Of a stretch of 64,000 nucleotides of DNA, positions 13,039-24,494 are shown piece after piece (the stretch's first letter is position 1; the number at the start of each line of letters is the position of its first letter). The notes under the pieces were generated by a model. It was not told the origin of the DNA. It was given only the letters and a program-made list of their open reading frames with translations, and did not search any database. This stretch comes from Candidatus Fervidifonticultor quartus (GTDB lineage Bacteria > Sysuimicrobiota > Sysuimicrobiia > Sysuimicrobiales > Humicultoraceae): the NCBI GenBank assembly GCA_031458775.1, contig JAVKJV010000002.1, positions 42,233 through 106,232 of the forward strand, written 5' to 3'. A program made the translations under genes and the position numbers.

Positions 13039-14184
13039 ATGGCTGTCGAGCTGTCCGACGAGCACCGGATGATTCAGGCGACAGTCCGGGAGTTCGCTGC
13101 CCGCGAACTCCTCCCGATTGCCGCGGATCTGGACCAGAGGCCGCGCTATCCCGCCGACGTCGTCGCCAAAGCCGCCGACCTCGGCCTGATGGGGATGATG
13201 GTGCCCGAGGAGTATGGCGGTCAGGGGCTGGACCCGCTTGCCTACGTGATCGCGCAAGAGGAGCTGGCCCGTGTCTCGGCCGGATTCCAGACCATCGTCA
13301 CGGTGAACAACTCGCTGGTCTGTGACCCAATCCTCCAGTTCGGCACCGAGGAGCAGCGTCGCCGGTATCTGCCGGGGCTGGCATCAGGCCGGACGCTCGG
13401 CTGCTACTGCCTGACCGAGCCGACCGCAGGGTCCGATGCGATGTCGCTCCGCGCGAGCGCAGTCCTGCGCGACGGCGAATGGGTGCTTTCCGGGACCAAG
13501 GTCTTTGTGACGAATGGGGTCGAAGCTGACCTGTGTGTGGTCTACGCGCGAACCGAGGACACCAAGGGCGCGCGCGGCATCTCGGCGTTTCTGGTCGAGA
13601 AGTCGTTTCCCGGCGTGACCGTGGGCAAGGTCGAGCACAAGCTCGGGATCAGGTGCTCGTCGACGGCCGAGGTGGTCTTCGACGAGTGCCGTGTGCCGGC
13701 GGACAACCTGCTCGGGCAGCGGGGCGACGGCGGCAAGATCGCGCTGGCCACGCTCGACGGCGGCCGCATTGGGATCGCGGCGCAGGCGCTGGGGATCGCG
13801 CGCGCGTCGCTCGAAGACGCCACGGCCTACGTCCGGCAGCGCCACCAATTCGGTGCGCCGGTCGCCACATTCCAGGCGGTACGCTGGGCGCTCGCCGACA
13901 TGGCCACGCGGCTTGAGGCGGCGCGGCTGCTCACCTATCGCGCCGCGGCGCTGCGCGCGGCCGGTCAGCCGCATGCGCGGGAGGCCGCGATGGCCAAGCT
14001 GGCCGCATCGGAGACCGCGATGTTCGCCGCGCACAAGGCGGTGCAGCTCTTTGGGGGCTATGGCTACATCCAGGAGTACGCGGTGGAACGCTACTTCCGG
14101 GACGCCAAGATCACGGAGATCTACGAAGGCACGTCGGAGATCCAGCGCATGGTCATTTCGCGGTCGCTGCTGAGCCGACGCTGA
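13039..14184 (+). CDS. bcd: Short-chain (butyryl-CoA type) acyl-CoA dehydrogenase
   Basis: ACAD signatures CLTEPTAGSDA and QLFGGYGYIQEYAVERYFRDAKITEIYEGTSEIQ. 381 aa from ATG 13039. Followed by etfB-etfA. Confidence 0.9.
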   Translation: MAVELSDEHRMIQATVREFAARELLPIAADLDQRPRYPADVVAKAADLGLMGMMVPEEYGGQGLDPLAYVIAQEELARVSAGFQTIVTVNNSLVCDPILQFGTEEQRRRYLPGLASGRTLGCYCLTEPTAGSDAMSLRASAVLRDGEWVLSGTKVFVTNGVEADLCVVYARTEDTKGARGISAFLVEKSFPGVTVGKVEHKLGIRCSSTAEVVFDECRVPADNLLGQRGDGGKIALATLDGGRIGIAAQALGIARASLEDATAYVRQRHQFGAPVATFQAVRWALADMATRLEAARLLTYRAAALRAAGQPHAREAAMAKLAASETAMFAAHKAVQLFGGYGYIQEYAVERYFRDAKITEIYEGTSEIQRMVISRSLLSRR

Positions 14185-14196
14185 ACAGGAGGCATC

Positions 14197-14991
14197 GTGG
14201 ACGTCGTCGTCTGCATCAAACAGGTCGTCGATCCCGAGCTGCCCGTCCGCGACTTTGCGATCGATCCCTCGACGCGACGGCAGGTGCGCGAGGGGCGGCC
14301 GCTGGTCATCTCCACGTATGATGAGCACGCGCTGGAGGTCGGGTTGCAGCTCAAGGATCGGCACGGGGGCACGGTCAAGGCGCTGACGATCGGTCCCCGG
14401 GCGGCGGTCGGCGACGCGGTGCGGCTGGCACTCGCCATGGGCGCGGACGAGGCCGTCGTGGTGGACGACCCGCGCGGCCCGGATCTGCCGGGCGTCGAGA
14501 AGGCGGCGGTCCTCGCGGCCGCGGTGCGCAAACTCGGTCGCGCGGACCTGGTGCTGACCGGTTGCGAATCGGCCGACTGGGTGGAGCGCGTGGTGCCGCC
14601 GCTGGTCGCCGAGGCCCTGGGCGCGTCGTGCGTGACGTTCGTCTCGACCGCTGAGTTCTCCGGCAACGGGCTGGTGGTGCGCCGTCTGGCCGACGACGGG
14701 TTCCACGTGGTCGACGTGCGGTTGCCGGCCGTGCTGTCGATTGCGAGCGATGACGCGAACCGGCCGCGGCTGCCCAAGGTCAAGGACATCGTGGCGGCCA
14801 AACGCAAGCCCGTGCACGTCTGGGCGATGGCGGACGTACCGGTCACGTCCGGCGACCGCCGCGTGCGGGCGCCCGAGGTGCAGGGCGTGACGATCCCGGA
14901 ACGCACCGCCAAGTGCGAGTTGCTGTCCGGCGACCCGGCCGAGCAGGTCGCTACGCTCGTCCAGCGGCTGCGTGCGCTCAAGCTCCTGTAG
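14197..14991 (+). CDS. etfB: Electron transfer flavoprotein, beta subunit
   Basis: VVCIKQVVDP N-terminus, 264 aa, canonical etfB-etfA order after an acyl-CoA dehydrogenase. Confidence 0.9.
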   Translation: MDVVVCIKQVVDPELPVRDFAIDPSTRRQVREGRPLVISTYDEHALEVGLQLKDRHGGTVKALTIGPRAAVGDAVRLALAMGADEAVVVDDPRGPDLPGVEKAAVLAAAVRKLGRADLVLTGCESADWVERVVPPLVAEALGASCVTFVSTAEFSGNGLVVRRLADDGFHVVDVRLPAVLSIASDDANRPRLPKVKDIVAAKRKPVHVWAMADVPVTSGDRRVRAPEVQGVTIPERTAKCELLSGDPAEQVATLVQRLRALKLL

Positions 14992-15015
14992 CGCCGACCC
15001 GAAGGAGGACACCGG

Positions 15016-15999
15016 ATGCCCGCCCTGCTCATCGTTGCCACGGTGTTTGACGCCGGCCTGGCCCGCTCCAGCCTGGAACTGGTCGGCGCCGCGCGGCCAA
15101 TCGCCGCCGGCCTCCGGCTCGACCTGACCGCCGTGGTGCTCGGACCCGGGCCGGGCCTGGCCGAGGCTGCGGAGGTACTCCACCGGCATGGCGTCGGGAA
15201 GATCTGGCGGGCCGCTCACTCGTTGCTGACATCCGGCCAGACCGACGCGCTGCTGCCCGTCGTTGAGCAGGCGGCGCGCACGGCGGCCCCGCAGGTCGTG
15301 ATGGTGAGTGCCGACACGGTCGGCCGTGAACTGGCGCCCAGGCTCGCTTACCGCCTCGGCGCGTCGCTGATCAGCGAGGCGGTCGAGGTGGGGACAGACG
15401 GCCACGCGGTGGTCGCGAAGCGGCAGGTCTACGGCGGCCGTGCCGTGGCCGAGGAGGCTGCGGCGTCATGGCCTGTGGTTGTGTCGGTCAAACCGCGAAC
15501 CACTGATGTCCCGGAGCCGTGGCCGGTCGCGGGGAGCGTCGAGGACCTCGTGGTCAGCCTTGATGAGGCCTCGCTGGCGACTCGCGTGCGAGAAGTCCGC
15601 CGTGAGCAGGCGGATGTCGGCCTGGAGGACGCGCAGGTCGTGGTCGGCGGCGGCCGAGGACTCGGCGGCGCCGATGGGTTCAAGACCATCGGCGAGTTGG
15701 CCGCGGCTCTGGGCGGCGCGGTCGGCGCGTCGCGGCCGCCCGCGGACTCGGGGTGGGTGCCGATCAACTGGCAGATCGGACAGACCGGCAAGACGATCCG
15801 GCCCGCGCTGTACATCGCGGTCGGCATTTCAGGTGCGACCCAGCACGTGGCCGGTGTGACCGGCTCGCGGACGATCGTCGCGATCAACCGCGACCCTGAA
15901 GCGCCGATCTTCTCCCTGGCCCACTTTGGTCTGGTCGGGGACTACCGCGAGATCGTGCCCTTGCTGACGGCAAAGGTGCGGGAGCTCAAGGGCGCGTAG
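15016..15999 (+). CDS. etfA: Electron transfer flavoprotein, alpha subunit
   Basis: C-terminal FAD-binding block PALYIAVGISGATQHVAGV...IVAINRDPEAPIF. Confidence 0.92.
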   Translation: MPALLIVATVFDAGLARSSLELVGAARPIAAGLRLDLTAVVLGPGPGLAEAAEVLHRHGVGKIWRAAHSLLTSGQTDALLPVVEQAARTAAPQVVMVSADTVGRELAPRLAYRLGASLISEAVEVGTDGHAVVAKRQVYGGRAVAEEAAASWPVVVSVKPRTTDVPEPWPVAGSVEDLVVSLDEASLATRVREVRREQADVGLEDAQVVVGGGRGLGGADGFKTIGELAAALGGAVGASRPPADSGWVPINWQIGQTGKTIRPALYIAVGISGATQHVAGVTGSRTIVAINRDPEAPIFSLAHFGLVGDYREIVPLLTAKVRELKGA

Positions 16000-16003
16000 C
16001 CGC

Positions 16004-17985
16004 ATGGAGGCCACCTGGCTGCGGGGCGCCGCGGTCCTGCTGCTGCTCGCCCTTGCCGGGTGGGTGGCGGGCCGCAGGCTCGTGCTGGTGTACCGTCTGA
16101 TCCGGCTGGGCGACGGTCGGGTGCCGCTCGTCCCGGTCGACGCACGCCTCCGCGAGCTGATCGTGCAAGTCATCGCGCACCGCCGCGTGCTGAGGCGGCC
16201 GTTCGCGGGCGTGCTGCACCTTTTCATCTTCTACGGGTTCCTGGTGCTGCTCTCGACGATCGTCCAGGCCTTCGGCGAAGCATTCGTGCCGGGGTGGACG
16301 CTCCCACTGGTCGGCGCCGCGCCGTGGGTCGCGCTGACCCAGGACATCTTCGTGGTGCTCGTCCTGGCCGGAGTGGGAATGGCGCTGTGGCTGCGGTTCG
16401 TGGTGCGGCCGAAGCGGCTGGAGGCACAGGACCGGTTCGGCGCGCTACTGATCCTCGTCCTGATTACCGGGATCATGCTGTCGCTGCTGCTGTCGCGAGC
16501 CGCGTTCATCCGGCTTCACGCGCCGGCCTGGGCGCAGGGCGCGCTGGTCTCTCGTGTGGTGGCCGCGTGGTGGTTCGGCTCCATGCCAGATTGGTTCGCA
16601 CGCGTCGCCTACGAGGTTGGCTGGTGGACTCACCTGGGACTCATCCTGTACTTCATGACCTGGATCCCGGAGGGGAAACACCTGCACCTGGTAACGCTCG
16701 TGCCGAATGTGGTGTTGGCGAAGGCCCGGCCGCGCGGCGCGCTGGCGTCCATCGATGTCGAGACCGCCGAGCGCCTGGGCGCATCGCGAGTCGAGCACTT
16801 CACCTGGAAGGATAACCTCGACGCGTTCGCCTGCATGGAGTGCGGCCGCTGCGTCGAGGTGTGTCCGGCCAACTCCACGGGCAAAACGCTTGACCCCAGG
16901 CGCCTGCATACCGACCTGCGCAAGCAGCTGACGCTCGTGGGCCCGGCGGTGCTCGCCGGTCAGGAGCCGGCCAGCCGGCCCGCGCTCGTCGGGCAGGTGT
17001 TCTCCGAGGAGTTCCTGTGGCAGTGCCTGACCTGCGGTGCGTGCGTCGAGGAGTGTCCGGCGACCAACGACCACATTGACAAGATCGTCGAGATGCGGCG
17101 GCACCTGGTCATGGAAGAGGCACGCATGCCCGCCACGATGGAGGACGCCCTGCGCAGCCTCGAGGCGCGCGGGCACCCGTTCCGCGGCGCCGGACTGGCG
17201 CGCACCGCCTGGACCGCAGGTGTGTACGTCCCGCGCCTGGCCGACGGTGCTCGTCCGGAGTGGCTGCTCTGGGCCGGGTGCGCTGCGGCCATGAACGAGC
17301 GGAACCACGCGTCGTTGCGCGCGCTGGTGCGGCTGCTGCGTCAGGCGGGCGTTGCGGTCGGCATCCTGGGCGATGAGGAGACCTGCACCGGCGATCCGGC
17401 CCGGCGCATGGGGAACGAATACCTGTTCCAGACGTTCGCCCGGCAGAACATCGAGACCCTCAACCGCTATGGCGTCGAGAAGATCGTGACCACGTGCCCG
17501 CACTGCTACAATACGCTCAAACACGAGTACCCACCGTTCGGCGGCCGGTACGAGGTCTGGCACCATACGCAGCTCCTGGCCCGGCTCGTCGATGAGGGCC
17601 GGCTGCGGCCGAAGGATCCGGTGGCCGGACGGCTCACGTTCCACGACCCGTGTTACCTGGGCCGGCACAACGGCGAGTACGAGGCGCCGCGCCGGGTGCT
17701 GACCGCCATCCCGGGCGGTGCACCGGTCGAGATGGCGCAGAGTCGAGACCGGTCGTTCTGCTGCGGCGCCGGTGGTGGGCTCTACTGGATGGAAGATCGT
17801 GTCGGCGAGCGCGTCAGCCACGCGCGTACGCGCCAGGCCGCGGCCACCGGTGCCGGGACCGTCGCGGTCGCGTGCCCGTTTTGCATGCTGATGCTCCAGG
17901 ACGGCGCCACGGCTACCGAGAGCGCGATCCGGCCGATGGACGTCGCGGAGCTGCTCGACCGGAGCCTGAGGGAGGAGCGCCGGCC

Positions 17986-17989
<4 letters not shown>
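16004..17989 (+). CDS. Membrane-bound Fe-S oxidoreductase, EtfD/HdrD/GlpC-like (probable ETF:quinone oxidoreductase)
   Basis: About 230-aa N-terminal polytopic membrane domain. Two 4Fe-4S ferredoxin motifs [12 protein letters not shown] and [12 protein letters not shown]. Two cysteine-rich CCG-type regions ([35 protein letters not shown]). Lies directly after etfBA; its stop overlaps the icmA ATG (ATGA). Confidence 0.75.
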
Positions 17990-19593
<1,604 letters not shown>

Positions 19594-19672
19594 CGCCACG
19601 GTGCCCGCGGACCGCGCGGCCTCCGTTGCGTGGTCTTGCGGCCCCCGGAGGCCTGGGCTACTATCGTTCCCG

Positions 19673-20083
19673 ATGGCTGGCACCGTTCGCATCTTGCTCG
19701 CGAAGCCCGGGCTTGACGGTCACGACCGGGGCATCAAGGTCGTGGCGCGCGCGCTGCGCGACGCCGGGTTCGAGGTGATCTACACCGGACTGCACCAGAC
19801 GCCGGAGATGATTGCCAGCGCCGCGATCCAGGAGGACGTCGACGCGGTCGGCCTGTCCATCCTGTCGGGCGCGCACAACACCCTCTTCCCGCGCGTGACG
19901 CAGCTCCTGCGCGACCAGGGCGCGGACGACGTCGTCGTCTTTGGCGGCGGCATCATTCCCGACGAGGATGTCCCGGGCCTGGTGGCCTCGGGCGTCAAGA
20001 AGGTGTTCAGCCCCGGGGCCTCACTCGACGAGATCGTCCAGTGGGTGCGGGCCAACGTGCCGTCGCGCGGCGTCACCGCCTGA
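19673..20083 (+). CDS. icmB: Acyl-CoA mutase small subunit, cobalamin-binding domain
   Basis: [23 protein letters not shown] (DxHxxG B12-binding motif), SILSGAH, 136 aa. Start set at ATG 19673. Confidence 0.85.
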   Translation: MAGTVRILLAKPGLDGHDRGIKVVARALRDAGFEVIYTGLHQTPEMIASAAIQEDVDAVGLSILSGAHNTLFPRVTQLLRDQGADDVVVFGGGIIPDEDVPGLVASGVKKVFSPGASLDEIVQWVRANVPSRGVTA

Positions 20084-20110
20084 CCGGACGGCTGGCGGCG
20101 TCGAGGCGGA

Positions 20111-21016
20111 GTGACGACTGGTCCGACAGACCGCGCGGGCCCGCTGGCGGCTGGCGAGTCGGTCCTGCTGATCGACCGCAAGCGGCGGTCCTACCTCATC
20201 GTGTTGAAGCCCGGCGCCGTCTTCGACCTGCGGGGCGGGCAGGTGCGGCACGATGGGCTCATCGGCCAGGCCGAGGGGATCAGCGTCGAGACATCGCGCG
20301 GTGAGCGGGTGCGGGTGCTGCGCCCGACGCTGGGCGAGTACGTTCTGCACATGCCGCGCGGCGCGCAGGTGATCTACCCAAAGGATCTCGGCCTGATCCT
20401 GATACTCGCCGATATCTACCCGGGCGCCCGGGTCGTCGAGGCCGGGACCGGCTCCGGCGCGCTCACGATGGCGTTGCTGCGGGCGGTTGGGCCAACCGGT
20501 CGAGTGTGCTCGTACGACATCCGTGAGGACTTCCAGCGCACCGCCGCGCGGAACATCACCCGGTACCTGGGCGAGACGCCGAACCTGTTCCTGCGCCTGC
20601 ACGACGTGACCACCGGCATCCCGGATGCGCCAGCCGACCGGGTGGTGCTGGACCTGCCGGAGCCCTGGCGGGTCGTCAACGCGGCGGCGGCGGCGGTACG
20701 GCCGGGCGGCATCGTGCTGTCCTATGTGCCGACGGTGGTGCAGGTGCAGCAGACCGTGGCCGCGCTGCAGGCGAGCCGGGACTTCGCGCAGATCGAGACG
20801 ATCGAGGCACTGGTGCGGCCGTGGAATGTGGACGGCCTGAGTGTCCGGCCCGCGCACCGGATGGTGGCACACACCGGGTTCCTGACCACCGCCCGGCGAA
20901 CAGCTGGTCCGGCGAGCCCGGGCACGGACACGCCCGATGCCGCCGATGAGGTGGTCCTGCAGGACGAGATGGGCGCCAAGGAGGAAGAATGGCGATCGTT
21001 CACGCATCAGCCGTGA
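20111..21016 (+). CDS. trmI: tRNA (adenine58-N1)-methyltransferase TrmI/Gcd14 family
   Basis: PRGAQVIYPKDLGLILILADIYPGARVVEAGTGSGALTMALL SAM-binding block, then VLDLPEPW. Confidence 0.85.
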   Translation: MTTGPTDRAGPLAAGESVLLIDRKRRSYLIVLKPGAVFDLRGGQVRHDGLIGQAEGISVETSRGERVRVLRPTLGEYVLHMPRGAQVIYPKDLGLILILADIYPGARVVEAGTGSGALTMALLRAVGPTGRVCSYDIREDFQRTAARNITRYLGETPNLFLRLHDVTTGIPDAPADRVVLDLPEPWRVVNAAAAAVRPGGIVLSYVPTVVQVQQTVAALQASRDFAQIETIEALVRPWNVDGLSVRPAHRMVAHTGFLTTARRTAGPASPGTDTPDAADEVVLQDEMGAKEEEWRSFTHQP

Positions 21017-21429
21017 TCCGGGCGCCTCTCGACCGGGTGTACGCACTGGCCAAGGACGTCGAGCGGTTTCCGGAGTTCATGCCCGATCTCGAGAGAGTGA
21101 CGATCCTGGAGCGCTCACCGTCGGGTACGACCAGTGAGTGGGTCGGGGTGGTGCACGGCCGGAAGATTCGCTGGGTCGAGGACGACGTATGGGATGACGC
21201 GCGCTACCTGTGCACGTTCGTGCAACGGAGTGGGGACTTCAGCCGGTACCAGGGCGAATGGCGGTTCGAACCCGCGCCCGAAGGCACCCGCACGTCGCTG
21301 ACCGTGGACTTCGAACTTGACATCCCGCTTGCCGGGGCGCTGCTCAGCAACCTGGTTAAGGTGCTGATGCGCAAGAACTGCGAGAGCATGCTGGAGGCTC
21401 TTCGGGGGCAACTCGAGGGAAAGTCATGA
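20989..21429 (+). CDS. SRPBCC (START/polyketide cyclase-dehydrase/CoQ10-like) family protein
   Basis: ASAVIRAPLDRVYALAKDVERFPEFMP...GEWRFEP pattern typical of the SRPBCC fold. AAGGAGGAAGA RBS directly before ATG 20989. Overlaps the trmI 3' end by 28 nt. Confidence 0.7.
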   Translation: MAIVHASAVIRAPLDRVYALAKDVERFPEFMPDLERVTILERSPSGTTSEWVGVVHGRKIRWVEDDVWDDARYLCTFVQRSGDFSRYQGEWRFEPAPEGTRTSLTVDFELDIPLAGALLSNLVKVLMRKNCESMLEALRGQLEGKS

Positions 21430-21499
21430 GAAAGGCGGCCAGACCGGCCGGACATTATTTTATGGGGCAGAGCCCACACGGTGCCACTGGGAGTGATGG

Positions 21500-22615
21500 A
21501 TGACTCCGCGCACCGCGGCGGCGATCCCGATCGCGCGACCGCTGCTTGGCGACGAAGAACGACAACAAGTCCTGCGCGTCCTCGACTCCGGTACGCTTGT
21601 CGCCGGCCCTCGGGTAGCAGAGTTTGAAGCGGCGTTCGCCGCCTACATCGGCGTGCCCCACGCCGTGGCCACGTCGTCCGGGAGCACCGCGCTCCAGGCG
21701 GCTCTGCTCGCGTTGGGGATCGGGCCGGGTGACCGCGTCGTGACGACGCCGTTTACCTTTGCCGCGCCCAGTCATGCGGTCATTCACGCGGGCGCCGAGC
21801 CGGTGTTCGCGGATGTCGATCCGGTGACGTGCAACCTCGACCCATCCGCCGTCGAGCACGTCCTGCGTGCCGGGCGCAACCGGGCCATTCTGGCGGTGCA
21901 CCTGTACGGACTGCCCGCCGACGTCGTGGCGCTGCGCGAGCTCGCGGACCGGTACGGCGTGCTGCTGATCGAGGACTGTGCGCAGGCACACGGCGCGACG
22001 GTCGACGGCCGCCGGGTGGGAGCGTTCGGTGACGTCGCGATCTTCAGCTTCTACCCGACGAAGAACATGACCACGGGCGAGGGCGGCATGATCGTCACCC
22101 GTGATCCGGCGGTGGCACGCCGCGCCCGGCTGCTGGTGGACCCGCGCGGCGACGCGGAGTACGCGTACGAGGTGATCGGGTTCAACTTCCGCATGCCGGA
22201 AGTGGCCGGCGCGATCGGCCTGGTGCAGCTTGCGGCCCTCGATGCGCGGAACGAGCAGCGGCGAGCGAACGCCGCCCATCTCTCGGCCGGTCTGCGCGAT
22301 TTGTCGTGGTTGCGTGTGCCCGAGGAGCGCCCGGGGACGCGGCATGTCTACCATCAGTACACGGTGCGGGTGCCGGAGGGGCGCGACGCGCTCTCGCGGC
22401 ACCTGACCGGGTGTGGCGTCGGCAACCGTGTGTACTACCCAACGCTCGTGACCCAGACGCCCGCGTACCGCCATCGCGGCTACGGCGGCGCGTACCCGCA
22501 CGCCGAACTGCTGACTCGACAGGTCTTGTCGTTGCCCGTTCATCCCTCCCTGCAGCCTGACGAGATCGGAGCGGTCGTCGAGGCTGTGCGGACCTTTCCG
22601 GGTGCGCCGTCATGA
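21500..22615 (+). CDS. DegT/DnrJ/EryC1/StrS-family PLP-dependent sugar aminotransferase
   Basis: IPIARPLLGDEE, GDRVVTTPFTFAA, LLIEDCAQAHGA, SFYPTKNMTTGEGG (PLP Lys). Confidence 0.88.
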   Translation: MTPRTAAAIPIARPLLGDEERQQVLRVLDSGTLVAGPRVAEFEAAFAAYIGVPHAVATSSGSTALQAALLALGIGPGDRVVTTPFTFAAPSHAVIHAGAEPVFADVDPVTCNLDPSAVEHVLRAGRNRAILAVHLYGLPADVVALRELADRYGVLLIEDCAQAHGATVDGRRVGAFGDVAIFSFYPTKNMTTGEGGMIVTRDPAVARRARLLVDPRGDAEYAYEVIGFNFRMPEVAGAIGLVQLAALDARNEQRRANAAHLSAGLRDLSWLRVPEERPGTRHVYHQYTVRVPEGRDALSRHLTGCGVGNRVYYPTLVTQTPAYRHRGYGGAYPHAELLTRQVLSLPVHPSLQPDEIGAVVEAVRTFPGAPS

Positions 22616-23547
22616 ACAACGAACTCGTACGCGTTGGCGTTGTCGGGCTCGGGCAGTGGGGCCGTCACCACGCTCGGGTGTTCGCCACGATGCCCGGTGT
22701 GCGCCTGGCCGGTGTGGTCGATCTCGATTCCCGTGAGATCGAGTCCACCGCGGCGCGCTACGGGACCCGCGGCTACCTCGACCACCGTGACCTCATCGGT
22801 CGCGTGGATGCGGTGAGCATCGCGGTGCCCACGGTCCACCACTACGTCGTGGCGCGCGACTTTCTCGACGCGGGCGTCCACACACTCGTGGAGAAGCCGA
22901 TCACCGCGACCGTGGAGGAGGCCGAGCGTCTGACTGACCTCAGCGGCCGACGCGGCGCCGTGGTGGTCGTCGGGCACGTCGAGCGGTTCAAGCCGGCGGT
23001 GCAGCGGCTGCAGTCGCTCGTCGAGGAGCCGCTGTTCGTGCACGCGCGGCGCGTCCGACCGTACGACCCGCACCGCGTGATGGACGTGGGTGTGGTGCTC
23101 GACCTGATGATTCACGACCTGGATATTGTGCTGTCGCTCACACGCGACCGCATCGTGGAGATCGGTGGCGTCGGCGTTCGCGTGCACAATAGCCACGAAG
23201 ACCTGGCCGTGGCCCACCTCGCCACCGCCGGAGGGTGCCGGATGACGCTGACGGCCAGCCGCGTCTCGGCGGTGAAGGCGACCGAACTTGAGATCACGAC
23301 GCCGGATCGCGCGATCCACCTCGACTACCTGCGCGAGGTCATTACGATCAGGCAGTTCAACGGCGAGATCGACCGGCTGGTACTCGAGGGGGAGGAGCCG
23401 CTACGCGCTGAGCTCGCGCACTTCGTGGCGTGCGTCCGCGGGGACGAGCGCCCGCGGGTGTCAGCCGAAGACGGGCTGCGGGCGCTTGAGGTGAGTCACC
23501 ATCTGCTCCGGAACATGGTGGACATCACCCCGCGGGTGCACGCGTAG
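22612..23547 (+). CDS. Gfo/Idh/MocA-family NAD-dependent (sugar-nucleotide) dehydrogenase
   Basis: Rossmann VGVVGLGQWGRHH, EKPIT motif. Start overlaps the DegT stop (ATGA). This pairing is typical of sugar 3-oxidation/transamination. Confidence 0.82.
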   Translation: MNNELVRVGVVGLGQWGRHHARVFATMPGVRLAGVVDLDSREIESTAARYGTRGYLDHRDLIGRVDAVSIAVPTVHHYVVARDFLDAGVHTLVEKPITATVEEAERLTDLSGRRGAVVVVGHVERFKPAVQRLQSLVEEPLFVHARRVRPYDPHRVMDVGVVLDLMIHDLDIVLSLTRDRIVEIGGVGVRVHNSHEDLAVAHLATAGGCRMTLTASRVSAVKATELEITTPDRAIHLDYLREVITIRQFNGEIDRLVLEGEEPLRAELAHFVACVRGDERPRVSAEDGLRALEVSHHLLRNMVDITPRVHA

Positions 23548-23548
23548 G

Positions 23549-23782
23549 CTACGGCCGCAGGACCACACAGACCGACACCCTGGCCACGCCCTCGATCCGC
23601 TCGATGGCGTGGCCGATCTCTGCCAGGCCTTTCGTGGATTCGTTGCGCGCGATGGCGAGCACATCAATGTCGCCCATCGTGACCGACGCCTCGACGATAC
23701 CCGGAACGCGCCGTACCTGTCGCGCCACCTCCACGGGTGTGCTCCGATCAAGTTTGACGAGCATGTACGCGGTCTCGACCAT
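23549..23782 (-). CDS. Stand-alone Lrp/AsnC ligand-binding (RAM) domain protein
   Basis: 77 aa. MVETAYMLVKLDRSTPVEVARQVRRVPGIVEASVTMGDIDVLAIAR has the beta-alpha-beta-beta-alpha-beta RAM-domain pattern and no HTH. Confidence 0.65.
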   Translation of the reverse strand: MVETAYMLVKLDRSTPVEVARQVRRVPGIVEASVTMGDIDVLAIARNESTKGLAEIGHAIERIEGVARVSVCVVLRP

Positions 23783-23865
23783 GGTCGTGCCTGAAGTTCT
23801 GTGGGCGCGCCGGTTCTCCTGTTGCGCGGGGCGCGGCCGCGTGGCACGATCATGCGGGTAGGGGG

Positions 23866-24387
23866 GTGCGCCAGGTGTCGACGAGGACGCTGGCCCGCGC
23901 GGGCTTGATGACCGCGGTGGTGTTCGTGATCACTCGCGCGTTCGTGCTGCCGATTCCGCAGACCAAAGGTTTCTTCAATCTGGGTGAGGCCGGCATCTAC
24001 TTGGCGGCCCTCGCGTTCGGACCTGTTGTGGGCGCGCTCAGTGGCGGCGTGGGCTCGGCGCTCGCCGACCTCTCGTTGGGCTATACGCAGTACGCGCCGT
24101 TCACGTTGATCATCAAGGGCGCGGAAGGGGCGCTCGTGGCCGTCGCCGCCGCGCGGTTCTGGTCAGGAGCCGGCGGTACCGCGCGTGTCGCGGCGCGGAT
24201 GGCGGCGCTGGGCCTCGGCGGTCTGGTCATGGTGACCGGATACTTCCTCGCACAGGCCTTCGCGCTGGGTCTGGGGACGCTGCCGGCCCTCGCCGAGGTG
24301 CCGTACAACGTGGTGCAGGTCGTCGTCGGCATGGCCGTCGGTCTCACCGCGACTACGGCGCTGGAGCGTGCGGTGCCGCGAGTCTAG
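23866..24387 (+). CDS. ECF-transporter S (substrate-capture) component-like membrane protein
   Basis: 173 aa with about 5-6 TM helices. RTLARAGLMTAVVFVIT...NLGEAGIYLAALAFGPVVGALSGGVGSALADL resembles ECF S-components. Substrate unknown. Confidence 0.6.
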   Translation: MRQVSTRTLARAGLMTAVVFVITRAFVLPIPQTKGFFNLGEAGIYLAALAFGPVVGALSGGVGSALADLSLGYTQYAPFTLIIKGAEGALVAVAAARFWSGAGGTARVAARMAALGLGGLVMVTGYFLAQAFALGLGTLPALAEVPYNVVQVVVGMAVGLTATTALERAVPRV

Positions 24388-24494
24388 CGCGACGCTCGGT
24401 CCTACGAATAGAGTGGTCCGGCGGTCCGTTGAGACACGCAGGCGGTCCGGGCGCAAACGCTGCGGCCCGCGCGCTATGTTGTGAGGTGACGGAT

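Noticed and set aside
13384-15405. 673-aa minus-strand ORF opposite the acyl-CoA dehydrogenase, etfB and etfA
   Set aside because: Shadow ORF. The + strand encodes three unmistakable proteins, and the antisense translation is low-complexity and Arg/Pro/Gly-rich.
21436-21462. Possible terminator after the SRPBCC gene (CGGCC-agacc-GGCCG followed by GACATTATTTTA)
   Set aside because: The stem is only 5 bp and the T-run is interrupted. It is too weak to call, although the AT-rich patch is unusual for this genome.
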